This document shows positions 17,918 to 26,191 of a stretch of 64,000 nt of DNA, piece by piece. The position numbers and the translations under genes are program-made. The DNA is from a virus. The stretch's first letter is position 1; every line of letters starts with the position of its first letter. The stretch spans positions 4,952 to 68,951 of IMG/VR virus record IMGVR_UViG_3300020401_001763; one strand, given 5' to 3'. Below the pieces are notes generated by a model. The model did not search any database. It was not told the origin of the DNA and worked only from the letters and a program-made list of their open reading frames with translations.

Positions 17918-18989
17918 GTACCATGTAACATACGAGGTTGATGGTCCAGACATACCAAAGATTGCTCATGAAATAGCCATTGGTCAAAGTATTGGTAATC
18001 CAAATATTAGATCTGAGATAGAAAATTCAGATAATATTAAAGAGATGGCAGCTGAAATCGTAAGCATTGATGGCAATGAGGTTGTGATTTCATTTCCTAA
18101 TAAAGCATTTAATTGGCCAAACATCAATCAACTTATGTGTATTATTATGGGTGGACATACTGATATTATGGGAGTTGATAGATGTAGAGTTTTAGATATT
18201 AGTATTGAAGTCCCAGTCAAAAAGCCAGTATTAGGAATGTCAGGCTTGAAAAAAAGAACTGGTGCCGAAGAAAGGCCACTATTTGGAGCTATTGTAAAAC
18301 CAAAGTCAGGACTTACAAAAGATCAGCTTACTGAAATAGTAAAGCAAATGATGGACGGTGGAGCTGATTTTATTAAAGAAGACGAGATCATGGCAGACAA
18401 TTCATACCTGCCACTTCATGAAAGAGTAGAAGCAATTGAAACACTTAAAACAACTTGTGACTGGAAAGGATTCTACGCTTATTGCATAAACGCAGATCCG
18501 TTAGATCTCATTGCTAACTTAAAGATAATTGATTATCATACAGGTCTAAAAGAAAATGTAATGGGAGGTGTTCATATCAACTTTTGGTCTGGCCTAGGTG
18601 CATACACCTCTGCTAGAGATATGAATATTCCATGTCACTATCAAAGATCTGGAATTAGAATCTTAACAGATCCGAGTAATAAATACTCGATAGCTTGGCC
18701 AGTCTTAGCTAAGTTAGGCTGTATGGCTGGAGTAGATAGTATGCACGTAGGAATGCTAGGTGGATATTATCCTGAAGGAGAGAGCGAGGAAGAAACTCTC
18801 ACGGCGATTGACATATGCAAACAACACAATACAATCCCATCGCTAAGTTGTGGAATGAATCCCGTGCTCGCTCAAGAAATACGAGAGAGAATTGGTAATG
18901 ACTTTATGGCCTCAATAGGAGGCTGGCTCCATACTGGAGAAACTATATACGAAAAAGTATATGAAATGAGAAAGAGTCTTGATTCATAA
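17910..18989 (+). CDS. RuBisCO-like protein (form IV/RLP)
   Basis: RPLFGAIVKPKSGL, GGADFIKEDE, HYQRSG, GVDSMHVG, PSLSCG and SIGGW motifs in RuBisCO large-subunit order. Confidence 0.85.
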   Translation: MNRYHVTYEVDGPDIPKIAHEIAIGQSIGNPNIRSEIENSDNIKEMAAEIVSIDGNEVVISFPNKAFNWPNINQLMCIIMGGHTDIMGVDRCRVLDISIEVPVKKPVLGMSGLKKRTGAEERPLFGAIVKPKSGLTKDQLTEIVKQMMDGGADFIKEDEIMADNSYLPLHERVEAIETLKTTCDWKGFYAYCINADPLDLIANLKIIDYHTGLKENVMGGVHINFWSGLGAYTSARDMNIPCHYQRSGIRILTDPSNKYSIAWPVLAKLGCMAGVDSMHVGMLGGYYPEGESEEETLTAIDICKQHNTIPSLSCGMNPVLAQEIRERIGNDFMASIGGWLHTGETIYEKVYEMRKSLDS

Positions 18990-19032
18990 TCCTATACAAC
19001 GTGATGATTTAATTGAAGTGAAAGGTAAGACT

Positions 19033-19770
19033 ATGAGTTTAAAACTAATTATGCCAATGGCCGGCAATGGTCAAAGATTCTTCGACGCAGGCTATAATAG
19101 GCCAAAGCCCTTGATTGATATTAAGGGTAAGCCGATGTTTAAAAGAGTAATCGATAATCTTGGAATGGACGTTGATCCTGTTTGTATAGTAAGGCAAGAT
19201 CATGTAACTGACTACGAGATAGATAAGAGAATTATCGAGCATCAGCCAAATGCTAAGATCATTATTACTCCTGGGCTAACTGAAGGTGCAGCTTGTACGG
19301 TAAGATTAGCTACTAGTTTATTTAATAGTGAACCTATGATGGTTGCAAATTGTGATCAGCTTATGGTTTGGGACGACCTTGGATTTAATGGCCTGTGCGC
19401 TAGTGAAAAATTCAAAGGTGGAATTATTCCTACTTTTATTCCTAAGCATGAAGAGCCTATTCATAGTTACGTAAGAGTAGATGAAAATAACGAAGTACTT
19501 GAACTAGCAGAAAAGAAACTAATATCTAATATAGCTACTGTTGGAGTTTACTACTTTGGTAGCGAATCTGAATGGTGCGCGGCTCATGCCAAGCAAATGG
19601 ATAACGATGATAGAACTAATGGAGAGTTCTATCTCGCTCCAACTTATAATTATATTTCGCATCCAGTTGGAATATACCCTGTCGATCATATGATCGGCAT
19701 GGGTACACCAGAAGAACTAGATGCTTTAGTTGAAAGCGAATGGATGGAAAGGTTAGACGAAATATCATGA
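19033..19770 (+). CDS. sugar-phosphate nucleotidyltransferase (BcbE-like GT-A fold)
   Basis: IMPMAGNGQRFFDAGYNRPKPLIDI, TEGAACTV, NCDQ, AEKKLIS, NGEFYLAP and MGTPEEL motifs. Confidence 0.8.
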   Translation: MSLKLIMPMAGNGQRFFDAGYNRPKPLIDIKGKPMFKRVIDNLGMDVDPVCIVRQDHVTDYEIDKRIIEHQPNAKIIITPGLTEGAACTVRLATSLFNSEPMMVANCDQLMVWDDLGFNGLCASEKFKGGIIPTFIPKHEEPIHSYVRVDENNEVLELAEKKLISNIATVGVYYFGSESEWCAAHAKQMDNDDRTNGEFYLAPTYNYISHPVGIYPVDHMIGMGTPEELDALVESEWMERLDEIS

Positions 19771-20498
19771 AAATAGCTGTGTGCATATCAGGAGTTCCTA
19801 GAGGAAAAGTTAGAAGAAACATTGAACATTTAGAAATGGCCTTTGAAGGCGCTGATTTCTTTTATGCTACATGGAATGAAACTAGTAATGGAATATCTGA
19901 AAGCCTTGGAGCTTCCACATATCCAGAACCTAAGATGCATTATAATCCATGGAGTGAATGTGTTACAATATGTAAAGCTCCAAAATATAAAGCTTACAAA
20001 GAAGACTTCTTAAGAAAAGGTCCACTATCTACTAAAAAGAAACTTCTCAATGCTACTAAACAAATCTTAGCTCATGCTTATCAGGTAGAAGATTTGCCAG
20101 AAGAATATGATATGATTGTCAGAGCTAGATGGGATACGTTCACGTCTATAAAGGTTGACTTCGAAAAATATTTACAAGATTCTTATAATAATCAACAGGC
20201 CATAGGTTTTGCTATAAGAGGCAGTAGATGGATAGACGTAAATAAATTTAGAGATATAGACCATATGTACATAGACGAAAATACAGATAAAAGTTGGAGT
20301 AGAGATTGGTCTTACTGGCTAAACGATAATTTGATACTACATCCTAGAAAAATATTTGATCCGGTCAGAGTCAAGTTACTTCATAGAATGAAAGGCCTTT
20401 TGCCTTGTGAGTTTGGTTGGTATCAAGTACTAAGCAATAATGATAACCACCATTGTGTGTATGGTGGAGCCGCTATCGAAAGATTTGTAGATAGATAA
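19767..20498 (+). CDS. putative glycosyl/phospho-transferase-like protein of glycan loci
   Basis: MKIAVCISG..R start and YDMIVRARWD motif, typical of glycan-cluster hypothetical proteins. Confidence 0.5.
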   Translation: MKIAVCISGVPRGKVRRNIEHLEMAFEGADFFYATWNETSNGISESLGASTYPEPKMHYNPWSECVTICKAPKYKAYKEDFLRKGPLSTKKKLLNATKQILAHAYQVEDLPEEYDMIVRARWDTFTSIKVDFEKYLQDSYNNQQAIGFAIRGSRWIDVNKFRDIDHMYIDENTDKSWSRDWSYWLNDNLILHPRKIFDPVRVKLLHRMKGLLPCEFGWYQVLSNNDNHHCVYGGAAIERFVDR

Positions 20499-20909
20499 AT
20501 GCTCGACACGCTGTTTAAGAGATACAAATCTAAAAGACCTCATGTTTATTACTATGAGAGAGAATTATTTAAGCACAAAATATACCCTGTAAATTTACTA
20601 CAAGTAGGAATGGACACCACACTACAAGTTTGGCTTAAGTACTTACAAAACGCAAACATATATTGTATCGATAGCTTTAATAATTCACAACCAGCTAATT
20701 ATAGTTTTTTAGATGAGAAAAGATTATTTTGGTCAAGATGTAATCCTAGTGATAGAAAATCAGTAGATAAGATTATGAAAGAAGTATGGAACAAACCAAG
20801 ATTTGACATCATTATAGATAATACTAACAACTTTGAAAATCTTAAAAGATATTGTATTGGAAAATACTACGCAGAGAAAAAAGATGAAGTCATTTGCCAT
20901 AGTTGTTAA
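20499..20909 (+). CDS. short, degenerate O-methyltransferase-like protein
   Basis: LLQVGM, W..YL.NANIYCID and FDIIIDN resemble class I MTase motifs, but only 136 aa. Confidence 0.45.
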   Translation: MLDTLFKRYKSKRPHVYYYERELFKHKIYPVNLLQVGMDTTLQVWLKYLQNANIYCIDSFNNSQPANYSFLDEKRLFWSRCNPSDRKSVDKIMKEVWNKPRFDIIIDNTNNFENLKRYCIGKYYAEKKDEVICHSC

Positions 20910-21585
20910 AGACAACAAGATATCAGAAGCTGGATTTGAAGAGCTTAAAAGAACGTGGGGATCTTACGGATACGAGTACTCTTCACTTGAAAAACATTAT
21001 GCGACTCCTCTAGATAAAGTTGAAGGTTACTGCGCTGGAAATGGATTAGTGTGGAATTATCCATGGGAAGGCGAAGTACTAGATATAAAAAGCGGACTTA
21101 CTAAAAAAGCGTATCCAACTACGAACAGACTAGCAAGAATATCTTGTTTTATGAGTCATTGGTATCTTTGGCAAAAGTGTATAAAATTAGATGAAATGAT
21201 TTTAATATTTGAGCATGATGCCAAACTTATAAAACAGTTACCTAGTGTAAGGACTTTTCATCGGTCTACATTTGATATTATTGGTATTAATGATCCTTCT
21301 ATGGCTACTAGAAAATCTAAACTGTATCACGATTTAATTCTTAAAAATCCAGAAAAGATTCAGCCAGTTCCAACTATAGACGAAGTGCATGTGCCACAAG
21401 GATTAGCTGGTAATTCTGCTTATGTGATAAAACCATCTGGAGCTAAGAAGATGATTGAACTTACAAAAGAACATGGAATGTGGCCAAACGATGCACTTAT
21501 GTGTAAACAACTAATATCTACATTAGGTGTTACACGAAACTTTTACTCTACAATTCAAGGATTGAGGTCAACGACAACACTATGA
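20884..21585 (+). CDS. glycosyltransferase family 25-like
   Basis: SCFMSHWYLWQKC, LIFEHDA and AYVIKPSGAKK motifs. Confidence 0.75.
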   Translation: MKSFAIVVKDNKISEAGFEELKRTWGSYGYEYSSLEKHYATPLDKVEGYCAGNGLVWNYPWEGEVLDIKSGLTKKAYPTTNRLARISCFMSHWYLWQKCIKLDEMILIFEHDAKLIKQLPSVRTFHRSTFDIIGINDPSMATRKSKLYHDLILKNPEKIQPVPTIDEVHVPQGLAGNSAYVIKPSGAKKMIELTKEHGMWPNDALMCKQLISTLGVTRNFYSTIQGLRSTTTL

Positions 21586-22232
21586 CAAATTACTATGTAA
21601 TCACTATGATGGACAACAAAAGATCTACTCAGGTCGCGAGAAGATGTATTGAAAGTGGAAAGAAGCTTGGATATAATATATTAATGTTTAAAGCTTTTAC
21701 ACCAGATAACTGCAATCCAGAAGAAGTGGCGATCTATAATGATTTACCACTAAAAGGATTTGAAGAAAAATATAGCAGAACTGGAAACTGTATATCTGGA
21801 TTTTTAAGTCATTTTCATCTATGGAAACTTACTGTGGCTAATAACACTCCAACTTTTATATTTGAACACGATGCAGTGATTCTCAATAAACTTCCAGACA
21901 TTACTAATTACGATATCTTATCGGTTGGAAAGCCTTCCTATGGAAACTTTAACATTCCAACTTTCTTAGGTGAAGGTCCACTAACTTCAAAAAGGTACTT
22001 CCCTGGCGCTCATGGATACAGAGTAACACCAAAAGGCGCACAAATGTTAATTGATGAAGCTAAACATACAGCTGGTCCTACTGACGTGTTTATTCACGTA
22101 GATAAATTTCAGTATCATTTAGGAGAAACTTATCCATGGTCAGTAGAAGCTAACGACTCATTTACTACGATTCAAAGACAAGAAGGCTGTTTAGCAAAAC
22201 ATAATTATGGTGAAACTTATGAAATTATATGA
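21582..22232 (+). CDS. glycosyltransferase family 25-like
   Basis: FLSHFHLW, FIFEHDA and GYRVTPKGA motifs; paralog of the previous gene. Confidence 0.75.
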   Translation: MTNYYVITMMDNKRSTQVARRCIESGKKLGYNILMFKAFTPDNCNPEEVAIYNDLPLKGFEEKYSRTGNCISGFLSHFHLWKLTVANNTPTFIFEHDAVILNKLPDITNYDILSVGKPSYGNFNIPTFLGEGPLTSKRYFPGAHGYRVTPKGAQMLIDEAKHTAGPTDVFIHVDKFQYHLGETYPWSVEANDSFTTIQRQEGCLAKHNYGETYEII

Positions 22233-22857
22233 TGAAGCTTTCGTCACTGGTTGCGATAAAGGACACGAATGGATTCTTCCATGGTTCTTAAATAATTACA
22301 AACAACATGTTAATGTACCATTAGTGTTTGCTAACTTTGGTTTAACTGAAGAAGGCTTAAACCTTGTTAAAGATCATGCTCATGCAATCATGGACTTAAC
22401 TTCAGCAGAAGAAAAAGGCTGGTTTAAAAAACCATTATCTATGCTAAAGTGTCCGGCAAAGAAGACTGTTTGGATAGATACCGACTGTCAGATTAAAGAA
22501 GACGTATCCGATATATTTGATCTTATTGAAGAAGGTAAACTTTATATGGTAGAAGATAAACCATGGACTCAAAGGCGAGGAGAGGTTTGGCATAACTCCG
22601 GTGTGGTTGGTTTCGTAGGCAAGCCACCGATACTATATCAATGGGTAAAAGCTGTAAAAGAAAATCCTACGGTAGGAGATCAAGAAACTTTACATTCGAT
22701 ACTTAATCCTATAACTAAGATCGGTAACATCGCTGACTTGCCTAATAGATATAATGTTATGAGGTTACAAGTTGAACACGATAGTTACAAAGGACCGGTA
22801 AGTATAATGCATTGGACCGGTCGAAAAGGTAAAGATAGAATTAGGAATATGTTATGA
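22207..22857 (+). CDS. GT-A glycosyltransferase (GT8-like)
   Basis: WFKKP, WIDTD, NSGVV, GDQE and HWTG.KGK motifs. Confidence 0.7.
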   Translation: MVKLMKLYDEAFVTGCDKGHEWILPWFLNNYKQHVNVPLVFANFGLTEEGLNLVKDHAHAIMDLTSAEEKGWFKKPLSMLKCPAKKTVWIDTDCQIKEDVSDIFDLIEEGKLYMVEDKPWTQRRGEVWHNSGVVGFVGKPPILYQWVKAVKENPTVGDQETLHSILNPITKIGNIADLPNRYNVMRLQVEHDSYKGPVSIMHWTGRKGKDRIRNML

Positions 22858-23474
22858 AGAAAGTTGTACACGTAATTGGTAACGGCGACCAAGCATCTTT
22901 ATTTCACAAAGAACATCGGACTGGAATGAAACTAACATGTAATATTCCACCATGGCCAGTAGCTGGAGCTTATGGTACTATCATGGTAGATTTTAAAATG
23001 ATGAGAGCGTTACATGAAGGTTCACTTACTATCCCTGGCGATTGGATATTAGGAATGAGACCGAAGATATGGATGGATCAACAACCATCTTTCTTTATTA
23101 AGCATTCTCATCAAGTTAAAGAATTTTATACAGTTCTTCCAAAATACGTCGCAAACTATACAGATTTTAATTGTGGTCATATGGCAGTACACTACGCCGC
23201 AAATAAAGTTAAAGCAGAAGAAATACATTTATACGGATTTGATTCTATATTTGATTTTAATCTAAGAAGCTGTTCTGATTTTTATCTTGGATCTGATAGA
23301 GGTAATATGAACACAAATAGATTAGCTAATAACTGGAGACCAGTATGGCAAAACATGTTTAAAGAGTTTCCAGACACTACTTTTGTTCTACATCACATAC
23401 ACGATGCGATAAAGTTTCAAGTTCCTGATAACGTTGAAGTAATAACTTATTCTAGTAAGGCCGTAATGACTTAA
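22854..23474 (+). CDS. putative glycosyltransferase-like protein (GT29/MAF-like Rossmann motifs)
   Basis: VHVIGNG near the N-terminus and IHLYGFD motif. Confidence 0.45.
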   Translation: MKKVVHVIGNGDQASLFHKEHRTGMKLTCNIPPWPVAGAYGTIMVDFKMMRALHEGSLTIPGDWILGMRPKIWMDQQPSFFIKHSHQVKEFYTVLPKYVANYTDFNCGHMAVHYAANKVKAEEIHLYGFDSIFDFNLRSCSDFYLGSDRGNMNTNRLANNWRPVWQNMFKEFPDTTFVLHHIHDAIKFQVPDNVEVITYSSKAVMT

Positions 23475-23482
23475 AAAAAAAT

Positions 23483-23533
23483 TCACTTTGAGGTGATTTT
23501 TTTGTTTACATTCTTGTTTTTTTATGGTATAAT
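23483..23533 (+). promoter_or_regulatory. early promoter with upstream TCAC-N6-GTGA box
   Basis: TCAC 23483-86, GTGA 23493-96, TTTACA 23505-10, 17 nt spacer, TGnTATAAT ending 23533. Confidence 0.75.
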
Positions 23534-23560
23534 ATAACTATAAAATGAAGAGGACACAAG

Positions 23561-23971
23561 ATGTTAATAGTTAATGTACAAGGCGGAACAGCACAGAAAA
23601 GGCAACTAGCCGAAGACCTTTGTTATTTTGTAGCACAAAGGTACAAGTTCTCTCCAAAAAAAGAAATAGAAATAGATGTCAACATCAAGAGTATTGATGG
23701 TGCACAGGGTTTTTGTATGGACTGTGATGATGGTCTATATGAGATAGAAATAGATAACAAAATTACTGGTGACGATTTTATTACATGTGTACTACACGAA
23801 CTAGTACACGTCAAGCAGTACGTTAAGAAAGAACTACACGATTGTGGTTGCGTTCAAATGTACAAAAAGGTGGCTTACGAAACTGATATGAATTATCTTG
23901 ATAAGCCATGGGAAAAAGAAGCATATAAAATGCAAGAAGTATTATTGGAGGAGTATAAAAATGCTAGCTGA
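23561..23971 (+). CDS. zincin-like metallopeptidase
   Basis: HELVHVKQ and PWEKEAY motifs. Confidence 0.75.
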   Translation: MLIVNVQGGTAQKRQLAEDLCYFVAQRYKFSPKKEIEIDVNIKSIDGAQGFCMDCDDGLYEIEIDNKITGDDFITCVLHELVHVKQYVKKELHDCGCVQMYKKVAYETDMNYLDKPWEKEAYKMQEVLLEEYKNAS

Positions 23972-24176
23972 AGGAGCAACAGAATACGGTTACAGAGGAC
24001 TGGCCGAGATAGAACTCTTAAAAAAACAAATAGCTGAGGATACTAAAGAAAAGTACACGCTATACAAGCGTATCAAAGAGTTAACTGAATTACTGGAAGA
24101 GCATAAAAAGATAAATCAAGCTTTGAAAGCTGAATTACCACAAAATGTAATTGAAAAAATAATTCAAAAAAAGTGA
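23961..24176 (+). CDS. small coiled-coil protein
   Basis: GGAGG SD; ATG 23961. Confidence 0.55.
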   Translation: MLAEGATEYGYRGLAEIELLKKQIAEDTKEKYTLYKRIKELTELLEEHKKINQALKAELPQNVIEKIIQKK

Positions 24177-24214
24177 AAAAAGTCCTTTACATTTGCTTAA
24201 AAGTATGGTATAAT
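24173..24214 (+). promoter_or_regulatory. early promoter (near-duplicate of 25688-25729)
   Basis: GTGAAAAAAGTCC, TTTACA 24186-91, 17 nt spacer, TGnTATAAT ending 24214. Confidence 0.75.
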
Positions 24215-24289
24215 ATATCTATAAAATGGAAAAAGAAATGAAAACAAAAGTGGAGAAAATCAATGACATAGCGAAGGTAACCGGCAGGA

Positions 24290-24440
24290 TGTGTGATGGA
24301 CAACGAGATGACGAGAAGCACATCGGGATTTACAGGTACGGAACTACCCAGGGAATCAGCGGCGGAGTATAAAACGTTCCCCTCCTTACTATGGGGCCGA
24401 TAGGTCGGTAAGGAGGATGGTATTGACAACGGCCCCAAAG
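24290..24440 (+). ncRNA. candidate structured RNA with pseudoknot
   Basis: GC-rich stretch; CCTCCTTAC 24381-89 pairs with GTAAGGAGG 24408-16; loop TGGGGCCG 24392-99 pairs with CGGCCCCA 24430-37. Confidence 0.5.
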
Positions 24441-24469
24441 AATTTATAAGCGAAACTGAGGAGTACATT

Positions 24470-24673
24470 ATGAAAATTTTAAAAGCAATCAAAGATATTA
24501 AATTTGACAATGGAGTTTCCGAGCCCATTGTCATGGCTTCTGCAGCTGGTTGGTACGTAGGTGCAATCGATAATAGTGAAGGCTTTATTCAGCCTTACGA
24601 TAGATACACCGGCTACTATGCCACTTCTGGCGAAGCCGAAACAGTTTTGGACGGGCATTTTAGCAATGCCTAG
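24470..24673 (+). CDS. small hypothetical protein
   Basis: GAGGAG SD; SAAGWYVG and PYDR.TGYY motifs. Confidence 0.65.
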   Translation: MKILKAIKDIKFDNGVSEPIVMASAAGWYVGAIDNSEGFIQPYDRYTGYYATSGEAETVLDGHFSNA

Positions 24674-24881
24674 TCCATCCGAACTACAAGCAATGACGCC
24701 GCTATTTCTTCAACTCCTCTTCTTCGCGGTAGCTGGCGCATTGCTCGTAGGCACTTTCGTATCGATCGTCGGTTTGATGTATCGATACGCTCTTTTTATA
24801 GTATTAGTGCTGTTAGTATTCGTCAGCATTAACTATGGAATTATTGATATAAATAAGTTAATACAGGGAGTTGGCGTATGA
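24666..24881 (+). CDS. small membrane protein
   Basis: ATG 24666; two hydrophobic helices. Confidence 0.55.
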   Translation: MPSPSELQAMTPLFLQLLFFAVAGALLVGTFVSIVGLMYRYALFIVLVLLVFVSINYGIIDINKLIQGVGV

Positions 24882-25033
24882 TTAGGTGGTTTGATTATAT
24901 GATCATAGCACCGTTCGCTTACGTGCTATCAAAATCATTTATTATTGGAGCTTATGACTTTACTATTATTTCATATTTGCTCTATGTGGTCTATTGTGTG
25001 AAAAGAAAATCATGGGAAGGTAAAAAAGTATGA
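24878..25033 (+). CDS. small membrane protein (51 aa); not in ORF track
   Basis: GGAG SD; ATGA overlaps on both sides; MIRWFDYMIIAPF... Confidence 0.5.
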   Translation: MIRWFDYMIIAPFAYVLSKSFIIGAYDFTIISYLLYVVYCVKRKSWEGKKV

Positions 25034-25389
25034 CTATGCATCTAATGCCAGTTTATTATAATAATAATAACAGCAAAAAACGTAAACCTTTTCGAAAGCC
25101 AGGGTGGCAAAAAGCTCAGGCCGAACATGACGCTTGGCTAAAAAAGCGTGGTGTTCATCCTAGTCAACTTAAAAACAAAGAGAAGTCTAGTGGCAACCGT
25201 ATTCCGGACTATTCATCAGATCGTAAGAGCGTCCCGACGTCGAACTATGTCGGTCCAATCGAAGGCCGTAAAGCAGCAAAAGTCTACAGTGGTGACTACA
25301 TCGTCGGCATCGCAACCATGCACAAATCAAACGCAGTCCCTGTTGGAAGAGGCGATGACGTCAAGTCGTACGCTAAAATGAGAAGGTAA
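25030..25389 (+). CDS. conserved T4-like hypothetical protein
   Basis: YSG..IVGIATMHKSNAVPV motif. Confidence 0.7.
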   Translation: MTMHLMPVYYNNNNSKKRKPFRKPGWQKAQAEHDAWLKKRGVHPSQLKNKEKSSGNRIPDYSSDRKSVPTSNYVGPIEGRKAAKVYSGDYIVGIATMHKSNAVPVGRGDDVKSYAKMRR

Positions 25390-25395
25390 CAATTT

Positions 25396-25471
<76 letters not shown>

Positions 25472-25487
25472 ATTATGGAGAAGAGGA

Positions 25488-25691
25488 ATGGAACTATTTT
25501 TAGTAGCTACACTTTGGATGATAGCTAATAAAGAGTTTGTCGTAACCGCAAGCAAACAAGTTGACGATGGTTACAAGTGGCATAAGGTAGAATGCAGAAA
25601 ACCAGACGAAAATATACCCCATGTTAAAATAAAATCCCCAAACGGAAGAGAATATATTTGCTTAAAGCTAAAAAAAATCACCTTGAAGTGA
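25488..25691 (+). CDS. small hypothetical protein
   Basis: ATG 25488 downstream of the tRNA. Confidence 0.5.
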   Translation: MELFLVATLWMIANKEFVVTASKQVDDGYKWHKVECRKPDENIPHVKIKSPNGREYICLKLKKITLK

Positions 25692-25729
25692 AAAAAGTCC
25701 TTTACATTTGCTCAAAAGTATGATAGAAT
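25678..25729 (+). promoter_or_regulatory. early promoter with upstream TCAC-N6-GTGA box
   Basis: TCAC 25678-81, GTGA 25688-91, TTTACA 25701-06, 17 nt spacer, TGnTAGAAT ending 25729. Confidence 0.75.
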
Positions 25730-25760
25730 ATACTTATAAAATAAAAAATGAGGAGTTGTT

Positions 25761-25952
25761 ATGGATATGAATATGTTAGTAGATATGTTAGCTAGGATGA
25801 CAGCTGTAGAAAAAGTACAGTTTGTCGAAAAGCTTTGTGATACGCATCCTAATTTAGCTTTTGAAATCAGTAACTCAATTGAGGTTACTATGATGGATAA
25901 AGTCTTTTTGGAAAACGAAAAGAAAGTACAGGCTGCGAGGCAAGTAGTATGA
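25761..25952 (+). CDS. small hypothetical protein
   Basis: GAGGAG SD; follows the promoter. Confidence 0.6.
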   Translation: MDMNMLVDMLARMTAVEKVQFVEKLCDTHPNLAFEISNSIEVTMMDKVFLENEKKVQAARQVV

Positions 25953-26191
25953 AAAATCCTATAGCAAAATATCTAATGTGTTCTTATGCTTACTATGAGC
26001 AAGGTGATCCACTTATAACGGATCAAGAGTTTGACGAGTTAGCTAAGTACATATTAGCTAATTATGATAATATAGAACATATGCACAAGCATCTTGTGAC
26101 TATAGGTGATTTGGAAGCTGGTACTTACTTAGGTAAATATCCAGCAATGGTTAAAGGCGCAGTTGGAAGTTATAGAAGGGGAGAAAGATAA
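25949..26191 (+). CDS. stand-alone NAD-dependent DNA ligase subdomain Ia-like protein
   Basis: YAYYEQGDPLITDQEFDEL resembles the LigA YY..D.P.ISD.EYD.L motif. Confidence 0.6.
   Translation: MKNPIAKYLMCSYAYYEQGDPLITDQEFDELAKYILANYDNIEHMHKHLVTIGDLEAGTYLGKYPAMVKGAVGSYRRGER

Noticed and set aside
17910-18989. Phage carbon-fixation gene (true RuBisCO)
   Set aside because: Residues equivalent to E60, N123, H294 and K334 appear substituted; no rbcS or prk nearby; the context is glycan synthesis.
24370-24470. Retrovirus-like stop readthrough or frameshift at the TAA 8 nt before the pseudoknot
   Set aside because: All three frames hit stops (about 24401, 24409 and 24447) before the next gene, so no fusion product results.
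24187-24534. 115 aa minus-strand ORF
   Set aside because: Antisense to a promoter, a structured region and a gene with a clear SD; no recognisable motifs.
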